This document shows, one piece after another, positions 9,515 through 20,715 of a stretch of 64,000 bases of DNA. The stretch is from Nitrospirales bacterium. GTDB lineage: Bacteria; Nitrospirota; Nitrospiria; Nitrospirales; UBA8639. The DNA lies in NCBI GenBank assembly GCA_965223295.1, contig CBDCWC010000002.1, positions 768,001-832,000 on the forward strand. The letters run 5' to 3'. The notes beneath the pieces were generated by a model. That model saw only the letters and a program-made list of their open reading frames with translations. It did no database searches and was not told the origin of the DNA. The translations under genes were made by a program, and so were the position numbers. Numbering within the stretch: position 1 is the stretch's first letter; the number at the start of each line of letters is the position of its first letter.

Positions 9515-9550
9515 TGGACAAACCTGTCTACCCCATTTGCAAAATGTCCA
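9515..9550 (-). promoter_or_regulatory. Box upstream of the candidate regulator operon
   Basis: TGGACA-N24-TGTCCA; TAAGTT lies 24 nt downstream on the - strand. Confidence 0.75.
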
Positions 9551-9579
9551 GCTCTAGGCTGAATCCGTCACGAAAATGA

Positions 9580-9615
9580 TGGACATTAGGTAAATCGTGA
9601 ATCCAGATTTGTCCA
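9580..9615 (+). promoter_or_regulatory. Box upstream of the Pro-rich ORF
   Basis: TGGACA-N24-TGTCCA. Confidence 0.7.
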
Positions 9616-9642
9616 TTGAGTTAAGTTGACCTAAAACAGAAA

Positions 9643-9924
9643 ATGAAGGAAAGAAAAGGTAACCATCGAGCAATGACGGATGAGAGGGGAAATATGGGAA
9701 AAAACAACCCAGCCAAGGAACCTCAAAAACTCAAGCGGGACGATCCACCCATACAAGAGCCACCGAATGAGCCGAAAAAGTCTCCAGTGGAGCCTCCTAA
9801 GCGCACACCTCAAAAACCACCCGTTGAGCAACCACCCACGCCCTCGCCACCTAATGAACCACCATCGAAAGACCCTCAACCCATCGGAGATCCACCACCT
9901 ACGAGTCAACCAGTCATGACGTAA
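9643..9924 (+). CDS. Small Pro-rich disordered protein
   Basis: Repeats of PP(I/V)(Q/E)(E/Q)PP. Preceded by a regulatory box. The start may be a downstream Met. Confidence 0.5.
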   Translation: MKERKGNHRAMTDERGNMGKNNPAKEPQKLKRDDPPIQEPPNEPKKSPVEPPKRTPQKPPVEQPPTPSPPNEPPSKDPQPIGDPPPTSQPVMT

Positions 9925-10079
9925 ACGTTTTTGGTGATGTTTGTATTGTTATGAAAATATAGAAAACGTTTATTGAATTAAGGAACTCTGTCGGAAGGGG
10001 CATGTCAAAACTTTGGATATATCCAAGTGAAAGTCCTGAGTTACTTGTTCATCTAGGAGTTCGTAATACTTTTCAATGC

Positions 10080-11210
10080 CTAGCTCTCCTCGGCCCAGCG
10101 CTTCAGCCGTATCAACAGAACTTCTTCAAAGAGGATCTTGATGCACACGGTCAGTGGAATAGCTAAGATCAATCCATAAAGCCCTCCGACAGCTCCACCG
10201 ATAAACACAACAATTAGGATGGTGACCGCACTAAGTTCGATTGACTGACTCTGAACCCAAGGTGTTAAGACCCATCCCTCTAAGATTTGGACCACCCCAA
10301 AAACGACTGAAGGCCACAACAAGATCGCTGCCCAGACAAAACCTGAACTTCCAGAACCGGTGGTCATATCCAAATACTTGAGAAAGACTGCCAATGGCCA
10401 ACCTAAAATTGCTCCATAAGGAATGATGCTCAACAGCCCTGTTCCGATCCCAAGCAGGAACCAATAGGGCACATCGACGATCCACCAGCCAATTGACAGC
10501 ATTGCCCCCATGAGTAAGGCAATGACCAGGCGTCCTCGAAAAAAACTACCGACAGCTTGATCCATACGTTCAACAATGGCCACAATTCGATCTTTACGAC
10601 TGGATGGCAGATACTCTTGGACTGTGTGTATCATCGAGGGAAAGGTCCAAGCAAAAAAGAAGAAATACACTGGGATCAGGACAAAGGAAATTAAAAAATA
10701 CGTCGTCGCACTCACAACATTACCTACAAAACCAAAGGCATGGCTCGTTCCTGTTAATGCCGCCTTAATGAGCGACATCGCATTCATTTTTAGCGTGGAT
10801 GCAACATCTTGAAAGTGCTCGCGTGGATTTTCCAAATCAACATTGTACTGTTGACCCAGGCTTTCCAAGTAGGTAGGGACCTTCTCCGTGAGCGTCACGA
10901 TTTGCTCTTCGACTATTGGTCCGAGCCAACCGCCCAATCCTGCTCCAATTCCAACCAGGACCACAAATAACAGAGTAATGCTCAGAGGGCGAGGGAAACG
11001 CCAATGTTCCTGGGCATACGTTATGGATGGACTAAAAAGGTAGGCCAAGAGCAACCCGATGAGAACTGGGGTAAAAATACCTCTGAGTGAATATCCAGCC
11101 CATAGAATGAACAGGAAAAACCCAATCCAGAAGAGATCACGGACGGCCGCAATCTGCCAAAGGTGTCTGTCCACTATAGGGCGGCGTGTACTCGAATCGC
11201 CTTCAACCAT
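10080..11210 (-). CDS. AI-2E family transporter
   Basis: FFRGRL, LSIIPYGA, QILEGWVLTP and GLILAIPL motifs. Confidence 0.9.
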   Translation of the reverse strand: MVEGDSSTRRPIVDRHLWQIAAVRDLFWIGFFLFILWAGYSLRGIFTPVLIGLLLAYLFSPSITYAQEHWRFPRPLSITLLFVVLVGIGAGLGGWLGPIVEEQIVTLTEKVPTYLESLGQQYNVDLENPREHFQDVASTLKMNAMSLIKAALTGTSHAFGFVGNVVSATTYFLISFVLIPVYFFFFAWTFPSMIHTVQEYLPSSRKDRIVAIVERMDQAVGSFFRGRLVIALLMGAMLSIGWWIVDVPYWFLLGIGTGLLSIIPYGAILGWPLAVFLKYLDMTTGSGSSGFVWAAILLWPSVVFGVVQILEGWVLTPWVQSQSIELSAVTILIVVFIGGAVGGLYGLILAIPLTVCIKILFEEVLLIRLKRWAEES

Positions 11211-11422
11211 AAAATCGCCTCATCTTCAAATAGGAAATAACTAGACTGGATATCTGCTAACCTGGGGCAGATTCTGTACTTGATACTGAAAGAAAGCGCT
11301 TAATCTTCTGATTACAGACCAAACGTACCTCAAATATTTAATCAAGATCCCGTTCACAAATTTAGAGAACACACCATAGCGTATTGTACGCTACTTTTAA
11401 ATGAACTAACTCAACAGAATGA

Positions 11423-11458
11423 CAGACATTTCGTGCCTCCAGGGTAGCGATTTGTCCA
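11423..11458 (+). promoter_or_regulatory. Box upstream of 11517
   Basis: CAGACATTT...TTTGTCCA, N24; TACGAT 25 nt downstream. Confidence 0.7.
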
Positions 11459-11516
11459 CTAGCCAAAATTTGGAGATCTCATTTACGATTAGGCGTTTAC
11501 ATCTGATGAGGAGAAA

Positions 11517-11813
11517 ATGACTAATCCACAAAAGGCAAACTTGATCAAGCCATGGATTAATCCTGCGGAACGAATTACGGTGGACTTTACAGATATCCGA
11601 GGGTTAACTGCGCAAGTGCTCGGATGCACGGAGAATGTGGTGCATTTAGCTTTTCCTGAAACATTTCCTCACATGAAAGATCGAGTCACGATTCCCTTAC
11701 GGAAGGTGCATGTAGGAGAAGATCGTAGCCATTACACTCGAGATCCACAGTCTCCCATTCAATGGGGGCGACTTCGTTTGCGGATCGAACAAAAGCATCC
11801 CGATGCTCTCTAA
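11517..11813 (+). CDS. Hypothetical protein
   Basis: GAGGAG RBS, 98 aa, preceded by a box. Confidence 0.6.
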   Translation: MTNPQKANLIKPWINPAERITVDFTDIRGLTAQVLGCTENVVHLAFPETFPHMKDRVTIPLRKVHVGEDRSHYTRDPQSPIQWGRLRLRIEQKHPDAL

Positions 11814-11938
11814 CGCCTCCCCAACGCCTCAATAATACACCATGGTGCATAGCCGTGTTCTCAGTCCTTGGACAATTCTCCCCTATTCTCTGTTCTTCTA
11901 GCCAGAAAGCAGGATGTAGCCGGTTAAAGACTTAGCGT

Positions 11939-11974
11939 TGTACATCCTGACAACTTTCTCAGGGTATTTGTCCA
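11939..11974 (+). promoter_or_regulatory. Box upstream of the DUF948 gene
   Basis: TGTACA-N24-TGTCCA; TACACT 23 nt downstream. Confidence 0.65.
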
Positions 11975-12098
11975 TAATTAACCGATTTTCATTTTGCTAC
12001 ACTCAATCACTTGCCTATTCGTTAAGACAAATTTGCTTCAGCTCTAACGACTTGACATGCTGTGGCTCATGAAGGTGCACGAATAAATAACATTTCAT

Positions 12099-12575
12099 AT
12101 GGATGGAGAAATAGATTTGCTGTTTGAACTCACATTGGCGAGCATGATGGTTGCATTCATTATATTAGCTATTTGTTTGGCAGTGACCGTAATCCAAATT
12201 AAAAAAACGTTCATCCAGGCTGAGCGATTCTTCTCTCAACTCAACACGGATATACCGAAAGTGCTCAATAATTTTCACGTCACGAGCGAAAATATTCGCC
12301 TCATGACCCAGCAGACGCGGGACGGAGTTGGCCATGCTTCGGTTCTTTTCCATGCTGTCGGAGAAATTGGAACGACTGTGAATCAAGTACATGCAGCTTT
12401 GCGTGAAGGAGGGAAAAGACTAATGAACAGCTTCGACGTCATAAAGGCTAGAATCGTGGCCACAGTAACCTACAAACGACAACGATGCAGTGATTTCCAT
12501 AGATCTCCCATAACAAAGCCAACATATATTCCTCAGCCAGACAGAAGAGTAAAGCAGGCATTGACAGGGCACTGA
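12099..12575 (+). CDS. DUF948 (YoxC-like) general stress membrane protein
   Basis: N-terminal TM plus coiled coil; VLFHAVGEIGTTVNQVH. Confidence 0.65.
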   Translation: MDGEIDLLFELTLASMMVAFIILAICLAVTVIQIKKTFIQAERFFSQLNTDIPKVLNNFHVTSENIRLMTQQTRDGVGHASVLFHAVGEIGTTVNQVHAALREGGKRLMNSFDVIKARIVATVTYKRQRCSDFHRSPITKPTYIPQPDRRVKQALTGH

Positions 12576-12967
12576 TCGGAAACCATGTCACAACCGTTAT
12601 TCTTTGCTCCTCAGCTTAGTCGAGAACTCGGATATATAGCCTGTTACCGACCGTCTAGCGTGAAGATAGTTTAATTATCAGGATGACGTTGCCCTATCAC
12701 TCAACCGTATCAAGTTCTGTGCTAGAACAAAACACGAAGCAGCGCATTCTTCACGTGGGATGAAACTTGTCACGAAGAAAAATGCTTGATCTTTTAGAAC
12801 TACAGCAAAGTTTTTCATCTGAAGTTCACGTTAAACACCAACTTTTTTCGTGGGACCTTGAAATGTCTGGTAATCCTATATTGATAAGCCACCTCATACC
12901 TCACTTAAATAAGTGACATTTTGTGTCAGAGCTCTTAGATTTATCCCTTTCACACCCAAGAGAATAA

Positions 12968-13570
12968 ATGAAATGGGCCTCTGCTACAATCCGTGCATCA
13001 CTGTTCTGTGAACTGGAAAAAGCGAGAGACACGACCCTGAATGCGATTATGAGAATAGACTTTTTGACTTCTTGGTTAGTTGTCCTAGCATTTCTTTCGG
13101 TGCAGTCATTTTTACCTGGCTGTACGAGCGTTACGACCCAGCCCGAGGTTCTTACTCCGGAAAAGGAGTCCAGGACTTTGTCTAGGGAACCAGTGGACCT
13201 ATCTGGAATTTGGGAGTATCAAGATAAAGATGCTGCCTATCCTTTGACACTAGATGAAGAAGGAAATGGTAGATACAATTGGCAGGGCGGTCATTTTGTG
13301 ACAATTAGTATAGTTGACGATCGGTGGCAAGGAAAGTGGCGCCAGACAGCAAATGATCGTGAAGGCGGGTTCGCTCTCAGGTTATCATCGGACGGAAACT
13401 ACGCAGAAGGTCGATGGTGGTATACCAGAATAGAGGACAATGATTCTCCCACTGAACCGGGAGGCAGTTTTACGTTGTTAAGAAATCCATCTTCTTCCCA
13501 AATTGATACGGGTAGCTGCGCTGATCCGTTTGGAGAATTAGAGGAAGTTTTCAGCAGTCGTGAATGTTGA
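12968..13570 (+). CDS. Hypothetical lipoprotein
   Basis: LPGC lipobox-like site and a Trp/Gly-rich beta domain (LSGIWEY, WQGKWRQ). The real start is probably downstream. Confidence 0.6.
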   Translation: MKWASATIRASLFCELEKARDTTLNAIMRIDFLTSWLVVLAFLSVQSFLPGCTSVTTQPEVLTPEKESRTLSREPVDLSGIWEYQDKDAAYPLTLDEEGNGRYNWQGGHFVTISIVDDRWQGKWRQTANDREGGFALRLSSDGNYAEGRWWYTRIEDNDSPTEPGGSFTLLRNPSSSQIDTGSCADPFGELEEVFSSREC

Positions 13571-13754
13571 TCACTCGCAATCGTTTTTTCCTTATCCCAC
13601 CAGCAACCTAAACCTGGTCATTGTATCTTCAGGTTGGATATGTATGGAAGCCTGATCTTGTGAATTGACTCCATCTTCATAATCATGAAGAATGGGTTAG
13701 TCGCGTTTATATAGGAGTGTTCTTCGTTTCCCAATATCGATCATATGGAAAACC

Positions 13755-15251
13755 ATGTCCAAACAATCAAGATGGTCATGGGATAACTGTCTACTCATTA
13801 TTCTGTACACTTCTTTGAAAATCTCTTTTAGTTCGCCTTCAAGAGTAACCTCCCAACCTATGCAATCCAGATCAACTCCTTGCTTTGTCGTCATGTGCAT
13901 TCTGGCGCTTTTGACCATCCAGGCTACACTGATTTGGTCTCAAGAGCCTCCGGCTATTAATGAGGCTCCATCTGAAGTCTTACCTCAAGATCCTGCACAA
14001 GAAATTTCTGTTGGACCAGATAAAGTCGAAGATGCGTTAATAGAAAACCGTCTTGCCGATGTCTATCGGCATATACCTGAACTTGCTCATATCAAAATCG
14101 ACGTGAAGGCCGGGGTAGCTAGGCTCGCAGGAAACACCCTTTCGAAAGAATCCCATCAAAAGGCACTTGAGCTCGCCCAACGGACGGAAGGGGTCGTGAG
14201 TGTGACGGACGATATCACACAAAAACGTGATATTCGTAATCGACTGTCAGTCGTTCAGGAAAAATTGATGACTCAGATCAACGAGTTTTTCTCGTATATT
14301 CCACTCCTGATCATCGCCTTGATCGCTTTTCTTGCTTTTTGGTTCCTCGCATCATTTTTATCTCGTTGGCAGGCTCCCTATAGAAAACTCACGTCCAATG
14401 TATTTTTGCAGTCTTTACTCAGACAGACCGTCAGAGGAGTAATTCTCTTTATAGGCTTTATCGTCATGCTAGAAATCTTGGATGCGACAGCCTTATTAGG
14501 CACCATCGTTGGAGTAGCCGGCGTGATGGGCCTCGCCGTAGGATTTGCCCTTCGAGATACTGTTGAAAACTATATTGCCAGCATCTTACTCAGCCTTCGA
14601 CAACCCTTTCGGCCAAAAGACCATATTGTGCTTGAAAATTACGAAGGACTGGTCATGAAGCTCACATCTAGAGCGACTATTCTCATGACGCTCGATGGAA
14701 ACCATGTGCGAATACCCAATGCCACAGTTTATAAAGGTATTATCCTGAACTACTCCCGTAATCCAAAACGTCGCTTTACCTTTGAAGTAGGGATTGATAC
14801 GGCCGTCGCCATTGAAGCCGCTCGCCAACTTGCCATTAAGACGTTACGACAAACCCCAGGTGTGATTCCCGACCCGCCAGTTCGATGCTTGGTAGAAAAA
14901 CTCGGTGATTCAAATGTGGTGCTCAAGATGCTGGCGTGGACAACGCAAGATCAATTTGATTTCTTAAAAGTGAAAAGTGCGGCCATTCGAGATGTCAAAG
15001 AAGCGTTTGATCTCGCAAATTATGAAATGCCAGAACCCATCTATCGCCTCAAGGTACAAGGGGTATCGCAACTGGATTTCCAAGCCGATTTAGAACAAGA
15101 TCAACCTAAGCAGAAGATTGCACATCCGCCAATCACCCAACCGAAGCACGATGCTGACGTGTCCAAAGACAGCCACATTGCTGAACAAATTTCGATGGAA
15201 AAAGAAAGTCAGCAAGATGAAGAGGTAGATTTATTAGATTCTGGAAAATAA
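13755..15251 (+). CDS. mscS: BON-domain mechanosensitive channel (MscS family)
   Basis: N-terminal BON (VKAGVARLAG, EGVVSVTD), then GLAVGFALRDTVENYIAS, PFRPKDHI and VRIPN. Confidence 0.9.
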   Translation: MSKQSRWSWDNCLLIILYTSLKISFSSPSRVTSQPMQSRSTPCFVVMCILALLTIQATLIWSQEPPAINEAPSEVLPQDPAQEISVGPDKVEDALIENRLADVYRHIPELAHIKIDVKAGVARLAGNTLSKESHQKALELAQRTEGVVSVTDDITQKRDIRNRLSVVQEKLMTQINEFFSYIPLLIIALIAFLAFWFLASFLSRWQAPYRKLTSNVFLQSLLRQTVRGVILFIGFIVMLEILDATALLGTIVGVAGVMGLAVGFALRDTVENYIASILLSLRQPFRPKDHIVLENYEGLVMKLTSRATILMTLDGNHVRIPNATVYKGIILNYSRNPKRRFTFEVGIDTAVAIEAARQLAIKTLRQTPGVIPDPPVRCLVEKLGDSNVVLKMLAWTTQDQFDFLKVKSAAIRDVKEAFDLANYEMPEPIYRLKVQGVSQLDFQADLEQDQPKQKIAHPPITQPKHDADVSKDSHIAEQISMEKESQQDEEVDLLDSGK

Positions 15252-15257
15252 TCCTCG

Positions 15258-16746
15258 GTGCAGATTTTTCCCCAACGTGTGACCTTTCTCGTCGATGCAA
15301 GATCAGCTTTAACTTTCCTTACTCGTGCTCCAGCGCTATTGGTTAGACGACAGAAGGTGCGTCGAACAATCGCTACATGCTGCTTTCTGCTTATTTTGTT
15401 TGGCGCCCCTTCTCTTTCAACATCATCTGAAGCCTCTCCGGAATCTGGTGAACGATCCTTCACTGATTATTGGAATGACTTCCAAACATACATGAACGAC
15501 AAAGGTGTGATTCTCCAGACCATCAACACACTAGATTTTCTAGGAAATACATCAGGAGGTTTACGTCGAAAAACCGCAGTTGCTGGTGACCTGGATTTAT
15601 TGCTGATCCTCGATGGCGAAAGATTTTCTAGGTTGGAATGACGCTACACTTTTTCTGTATGGACTCGGTGTGTATGGTGACGATCCGAGTCAAAACATCG
15701 GAGATGCTCAGGCAGTCAGCAATATCGCCGCGCCTAATGAATGGAGACTCTTTGAAGCCTGGTATCAGCAAAATTTCTTTCAGGGTCGTATGTCACTGTT
15801 AGCCGGCCTGTATGATGTGACTTCCGAATTCGATGTCATCAGATCATCGTCAGAGGTTTTTTTGAACGGTTCATTTGGAACAGGTCCTGAATTCGCTTCA
15901 AGCGGTAAAAATGGTCCATCAACCTTTCCAGTGACATCTTTGGCGTTTCGAGCCCAAGCAATCCTGAGCGATAACATCATGGTCCGCGCGGTTATTGCTG
16001 ATGGTGTTCCAGGTAATCCCAAGGATCCTGGCGGCACTCAAGTCATAGTGCGTAAAGCAGATGGGGCATTTATTGGAACAGAGCTTACTTTTTATCAACA
16101 CCGAAAAAAAAAGAAGAGAGATGCACAAGAAATTCTCAAACAACGCCCATTTCGTCTCGCCTTTCAACGGGTGGGACGAGCGGCTCCCATCGAGTATCAG
16201 GGGAAATATGCTCTCGGACTATGGGGTTATACTACAGACTTCAATGATCTCAGCGATGTCGATGCGACTGGCTTACCCCTGAAACGAGAGGCGACCTACG
16301 GTATATATGGATTAGCTGAAACAATAGTTTATCATGAATCTCAGGATAGAGAACAGAATCTGACCTTATTTGCCCGAGTTGGATTTGCTGATCCAAGAGT
16401 CAATCGCTTCTCGCAGTATTATGGAGGAGGTTTTGTCTATCGAGGTCTGCTTCCGAACCGTAATGATGATCAGATTGGGATTGGCGTCGCTGCCGCATTG
16501 AACGGAAGTCATTTTAAGCAAGCACAGCGAGATGCAGGAGACGCGGTAGATGATGCAGAAATTGCTCTAGAAATGACGTATGCCATCAATGTAAGCCCAG
16601 AACTCGTTATTCAACCGAATGTGCAATACATCATTAATCCAGATACGAATCCAGCCATCAAAAATGCCTTCGTCATCGGTGCAAGGTTGCAGCTGAACCT
16701 GAATTGGTTCGAAGGGCCAACTACATCTGTAGAGATTCAAAAATAG
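15258..16746 (+). pseudogene. oprB: OprB-family carbohydrate porin, split by a +1 frameshift
   Basis: Removing one T from TTTT at 15624-15627 gives LDGERFLGWNDATL. RLFEAWYQQ and IQPNVQYIINP motifs are present. Confidence 0.8.
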
Positions 16747-16810
16747 ATGCCAAATCTCTTCCCCTTTCAAAGAAAACAATATGAATTGCAGATAGTTCTC
16801 TCCTTCGTAT

Positions 16811-17662
16811 TTAATTCAGTTCTTTTGTGGGATAGGAAATGCCCACAACCTTATCATGCCGATCGATTAATAGGGTCACATCCATTCCTTTAGAAAGTTT
16901 GTTTAAATCGTCCTTCACGAAATCCCATATGAGAAATGAGATCGTTTGATCGTCTTTTTTGATGGTCAAGTCTTGGTCACTTGGCTCCTCATGTACGGTT
17001 CCTTCCACGTGACGATAGACATTGAAAGCAGTGGATCGCGCCCAATCTCTTTCTGCGACGACATCCTTCGTGAGTGTGGCGCTTGCGATTTTATTAGTTT
17101 CGTCCAGTAAGAACAGCCCTTGGGTATCGAATGGAAGGGCGGCGACCTCGCTACGCGCAAGCGGACGTATGGAAAATGTTTTGACCGATCCATCTGACAT
17201 TTTAATCATGGCATGCTCGTGCCCGACTGGTAAGGGTTGGGCGAGAAAGCCTTTCATCACTTTGTGATGGCTGTCGATTTTCTTATCCAACAGATGGTAA
17301 TCCACAACATGGTTTTTCGCGTTCACGATAATTTGAACCTTGTCTTCATCCTTAAGAATAAACCCTTTCTCTCTTGCACGCTCTAAAGACAGATACCGTG
17401 GGCTTATTTCCCCCGTATCACCGGAATTGACTTTTGCATGGTCTTCCGCCACACCCTCTACCGTACCAGTGATGATCCTGTGATTTGGGATAAGTGAGTT
17501 GTGCTTCTGTTGATCGTTTCCGATCTGTCTCGGTTGAGCATGAGGTGTGGTTGAAGTTGGTTCTTCGTTACCAGCAGCCAGGCTGATGGAAATCAGAGAC
17601 AAGATAATATAAGGAATTGCCACGAAATTTAAGAATTTTCTTGTTGGGCGAAGCCTGAACAT
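16811..17662 (-). CDS. Secreted hypothetical protein with repeated OB-fold-like segments
   Basis: Signal peptide and AGGAG RBS; ITGTVEG and VEGTVHE segments. Confidence 0.6.
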   Translation of the reverse strand: MFRLRPTRKFLNFVAIPYIILSLISISLAAGNEEPTSTTPHAQPRQIGNDQQKHNSLIPNHRIITGTVEGVAEDHAKVNSGDTGEISPRYLSLERAREKGFILKDEDKVQIIVNAKNHVVDYHLLDKKIDSHHKVMKGFLAQPLPVGHEHAMIKMSDGSVKTFSIRPLARSEVAALPFDTQGLFLLDETNKIASATLTKDVVAERDWARSTAFNVYRHVEGTVHEEPSDQDLTIKKDDQTISFLIWDFVKDDLNKLSKGMDVTLLIDRHDKVVGISYPTKELN

Positions 17663-17692
17663 GGGATCTCTCCTTTAAATTTAAACCATTCA

Positions 17693-17726
17693 TTCGCCAG
17701 CCTCCCGTTATCAGGGGGCTGGCGAA
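17693..17726. terminator. GC-rich stem-loop between 17784..18311 and 16811..17662
   Basis: TTCGCCAGCCTCC...GGGGGCTGGCGAA inverted repeat. Confidence 0.5.
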
Positions 17727-17783
17727 GGCCTGGCAACCAATCTCTCTAGCAAGTTAAAGTATACAGTCGATTTGTATCTATGC

Positions 17784-18311
17784 TTACTTCCGTTGTTCAA
17801 CAGGCATACCTGAATCGACTGCATCAAGGGCAGATCCACCAGAGATTGCACTCATGGCTCGATCACGTTCTTGACGGATATTTGATGTTTCTTGTTGAAG
17901 AGCATCTCGCTCTTTCAAATACTGATCCCGCTCTTTAACTAATTGTTTAGTTTCTTGGTTTCCGTTTTCGTTAGCGCTCTTAGCCTGAATAGATCCGCCC
18001 TTACTAGCGCTGGCCTGAGCCTGTTGCGCTTCATCACGTTCCTTTTTGGCTTGATCACGTTCCTTTTCAGCCTGTTCTTTGCTTTTCTTAGCTTCATCTC
18101 GTTCTCGAATTAGCTGATCGCTCCATGTTGCGCCAAACTTTGCACTAGGATGTTTCTTAACGTCAGACATGCCACTAGCTGACGAGGGTGACGTGGAAGA
18201 ACCGACCGACTTGTCCATGGCCACAGCTAATTGCACCGCTCCTGATGCGACAAATAATCCACACATTGCTAACGCGAAAATTGGAGATTTACCCTTTTTC
18301 ATGATGACCAC
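17784..18311 (-). CDS. Secreted hydrophilic coiled-coil protein with ERD repeats
   Basis: Signal peptide and repeated (K/R/Q)ERD(E/Q/A/R). Confidence 0.65.
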   Translation of the reverse strand: MVIMKKGKSPIFALAMCGLFVASGAVQLAVAMDKSVGSSTSPSSASGMSDVKKHPSAKFGATWSDQLIRERDEAKKSKEQAEKERDQAKKERDEAQQAQASASKGGSIQAKSANENGNQETKQLVKERDQYLKERDALQQETSNIRQERDRAMSAISGGSALDAVDSGMPVEQRK

Positions 18312-18595
18312 CTTTCAATAGAAAATGACTGTTATTGGAGTTCATTGAATACTACTCACAAGTATTTATTCTAATTTGTGATCGTTTAATTTAAGTAACC
18401 TCCTTTCTTAACTTAAACGAGATAATTAACGGCTTAACGGTCAAGTTGCATACACTAAGGAAATTTGTCTTATGCAGATTTCTTCACCATCCAAACTCAC
18501 CATCATATTTTGATTAATTCGCAAGGAACACGACTACACAACATGTATGAATGAGTCATTAACTCATTCTAGCAAGATAAAAATGCGTCACTTAA

Positions 18596-18631
18596 TGGAC
18601 AAAAATGGGAATATACGTTCAAAGATGTCCA
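18596..18631 (-). promoter_or_regulatory. Box upstream of 18311
   Basis: TGGACA-N24-TGTCCA; TAGAAT 24 nt downstream. Confidence 0.75.
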
Positions 18632-19008
18632 ACGTTACCAGGCGTCTAAGGTGAGATCAGGCTGCCTCAACTCTCGACTGTACTGGGTTTTATCTCTATT
18701 TAAAGGAATGAAAATGTAAAGTATAAAGATGGTTGTACTCGTGCTGCAGGCAAGGAAAAGCTAGCACCTTTTAAAGGATTGATTCCTCAAAGGAGGTGAG
18801 GTGACTACATTCGAGAACCTTGGGAGGTTGAGAATGACTCAAGGACCTTGTATCTCTTCACAAGAAAGTTGAGAGGGGCAAGGCGAACTTTTAGGCAATT
18901 TCAGAATATAATCAGAAAGAATCGAGGGAAATACGCGGCACACGACCTGCCATAAAAAAAGAGAAGAAGGTTCGCAAGCAAAAAGATAAAAAGATTGGAG
19001 AGCCTACT

Positions 19009-20358
19009 ATGATAAATTCTAGCCTGGAAACGTTGGTCGAACAAAAAGACTGGAGTACGCTAAAAACCCATCTTTCAACAATGCCGCCTCCAGAAGCGGC
19101 AGAAATTCTTATGCATTTAGCAAGAGCTGATAGAGTGCTCTTGTTTCACATGATCCCTCCTTCTCAATCGGTTGAAATTTTTTCTTATATCAAACCAGAT
19201 ATTCAGGAATCATTGTTAACAGAGCTAACCGACGAGGAAACTCAACAGCTTTTAGCGGTACTTCGACCCGATGACCGAACAGTCTTATTAGGAGGTCTGC
19301 CTCGAGAAACAGTTCCTCGACTTCTTAATCTTCTCAGTCCTGAAAATCGTCGTAAAGCTCGCCAGCTGTTGGGATATCCTGAAGAAAGCGTTGGAAGACT
19401 GATGACCCCGGACTATGTGGCGGTACTTCCCGAATGGACCATTGAGCAATCATTACGTCAAGTTCGAGAACGAGGCAAGGATAGTGAAACGATCAGCATC
19501 ATTTATGTGACTGATGCATCCTGGAAGCTATTAGATGCTCTCGATCTTGGGGTATTCGTCTTGGCCAATCCATCTGACAGGGTTGAGCAGATCATGGACC
19601 ACTCTTTTATTTCATTGTCCGTATTAGACGATCGGGAAGATGCGGTTCGAACAATGCAGAAATACGATCTTATCGCACTGCCTGTCATCAATAACTCTGG
19701 AATTCTTCTCGGTCTGGTTACTGCCGATGACGTACTGGATGTGGCTGAAGAGGAAGCGACGGAAGATATCCAAAAGGGAGCGGCTATTGAGCCGTTGAAG
19801 AGCAGTTATCGAGAATCTAGCATTGGAGCCTTATTTCAAAAACGAATTCCTTGGCTTGGAACCTTGCTATTGGTGAATTTGGTAGCGTCTGGAGTCATCG
19901 TCATGTTTGAAGATACGTTGTCTTCGGTTTTAGCACTAGCTTTTTTCATCCCACTTCTGATGGGAAGTGGAGGTAATACTGGAGCTCAGTCAGCCACCCT
20001 GATGGTTCGCGCATTGGCCACAGGAGATGTGAAGGTATCGGAATGGATCCGGGTAGTCGTCAAGGAAATTGCGGTTGGTTGTTCACTTGGTATTACGATG
20101 GGAATCGTTGTTGGCCTCATTGGAGTGTGGCGTGGTGACTATCTCATTGGATTAGTCGTTGGGTTTGCGATGACGGCGATTGTATTGGTGTCGAATCTTC
20201 TCGGTGTGTTATTTCCGGTTGTGCTGACGAAACTCCGTGTTGATCCTGCGGTGGCCAGTAGTCCGATGGTTACGTCCACGGCCGACGTCACGAGTCTTAT
20301 ATTGTACTTTTCCATTGCCACATGGATTTTACAAGGAGCTGATGGAATTGGCCTCTGA
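19009..20358 (+). CDS. mgtE: Magnesium transporter MgtE
   Basis: YPEESVGRLMT, CBS pair, GGNTGAQS and DPAVASSP...D. Confidence 0.95.
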   Translation: MINSSLETLVEQKDWSTLKTHLSTMPPPEAAEILMHLARADRVLLFHMIPPSQSVEIFSYIKPDIQESLLTELTDEETQQLLAVLRPDDRTVLLGGLPRETVPRLLNLLSPENRRKARQLLGYPEESVGRLMTPDYVAVLPEWTIEQSLRQVRERGKDSETISIIYVTDASWKLLDALDLGVFVLANPSDRVEQIMDHSFISLSVLDDREDAVRTMQKYDLIALPVINNSGILLGLVTADDVLDVAEEEATEDIQKGAAIEPLKSSYRESSIGALFQKRIPWLGTLLLVNLVASGVIVMFEDTLSSVLALAFFIPLLMGSGGNTGAQSATLMVRALATGDVKVSEWIRVVVKEIAVGCSLGITMGIVVGLIGVWRGDYLIGLVVGFAMTAIVLVSNLLGVLFPVVLTKLRVDPAVASSPMVTSTADVTSLILYFSIATWILQGADGIGL

Positions 20359-20414
20359 AGGTGAAGCGAGATTTCGTGCGTGACTTTCAATTCGGAAATA
20401 TTCGATCAAACTCT

Positions 20415-20715
20415 CAATCCACTGAAAGTGGCCACTCAGTGACGCGATGATGGACCAGGTAATGGCGAAGGGACATTAAAGATACGACAATCCACAATGC
20501 AACGTGTGCACGGTCCACATTATCAACGAGTCAGATTTAAACGAGTTATAAATTTCCTTAATCAAGTTGAGTTGAGCAAGGACGAGCAACAACAAAAAGA
20601 CTGTAGGCAATAGACTATAGTGAGGGATTCCGATTAACCCGACCGTGATCGTGATGTACATCACGCCCACTGCAGTAAATCGTGCCCAGTATTCCTTTGC
20701 TTTGTCTTTGCCCAT
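20415..20715 (-). pseudogene. Small membrane protein paralog A with internal TAA
   Basis: Aligns with 22165..22467 through and beyond the stop at 20476-20478 (IIASLSGHFQW). Confidence 0.55.
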
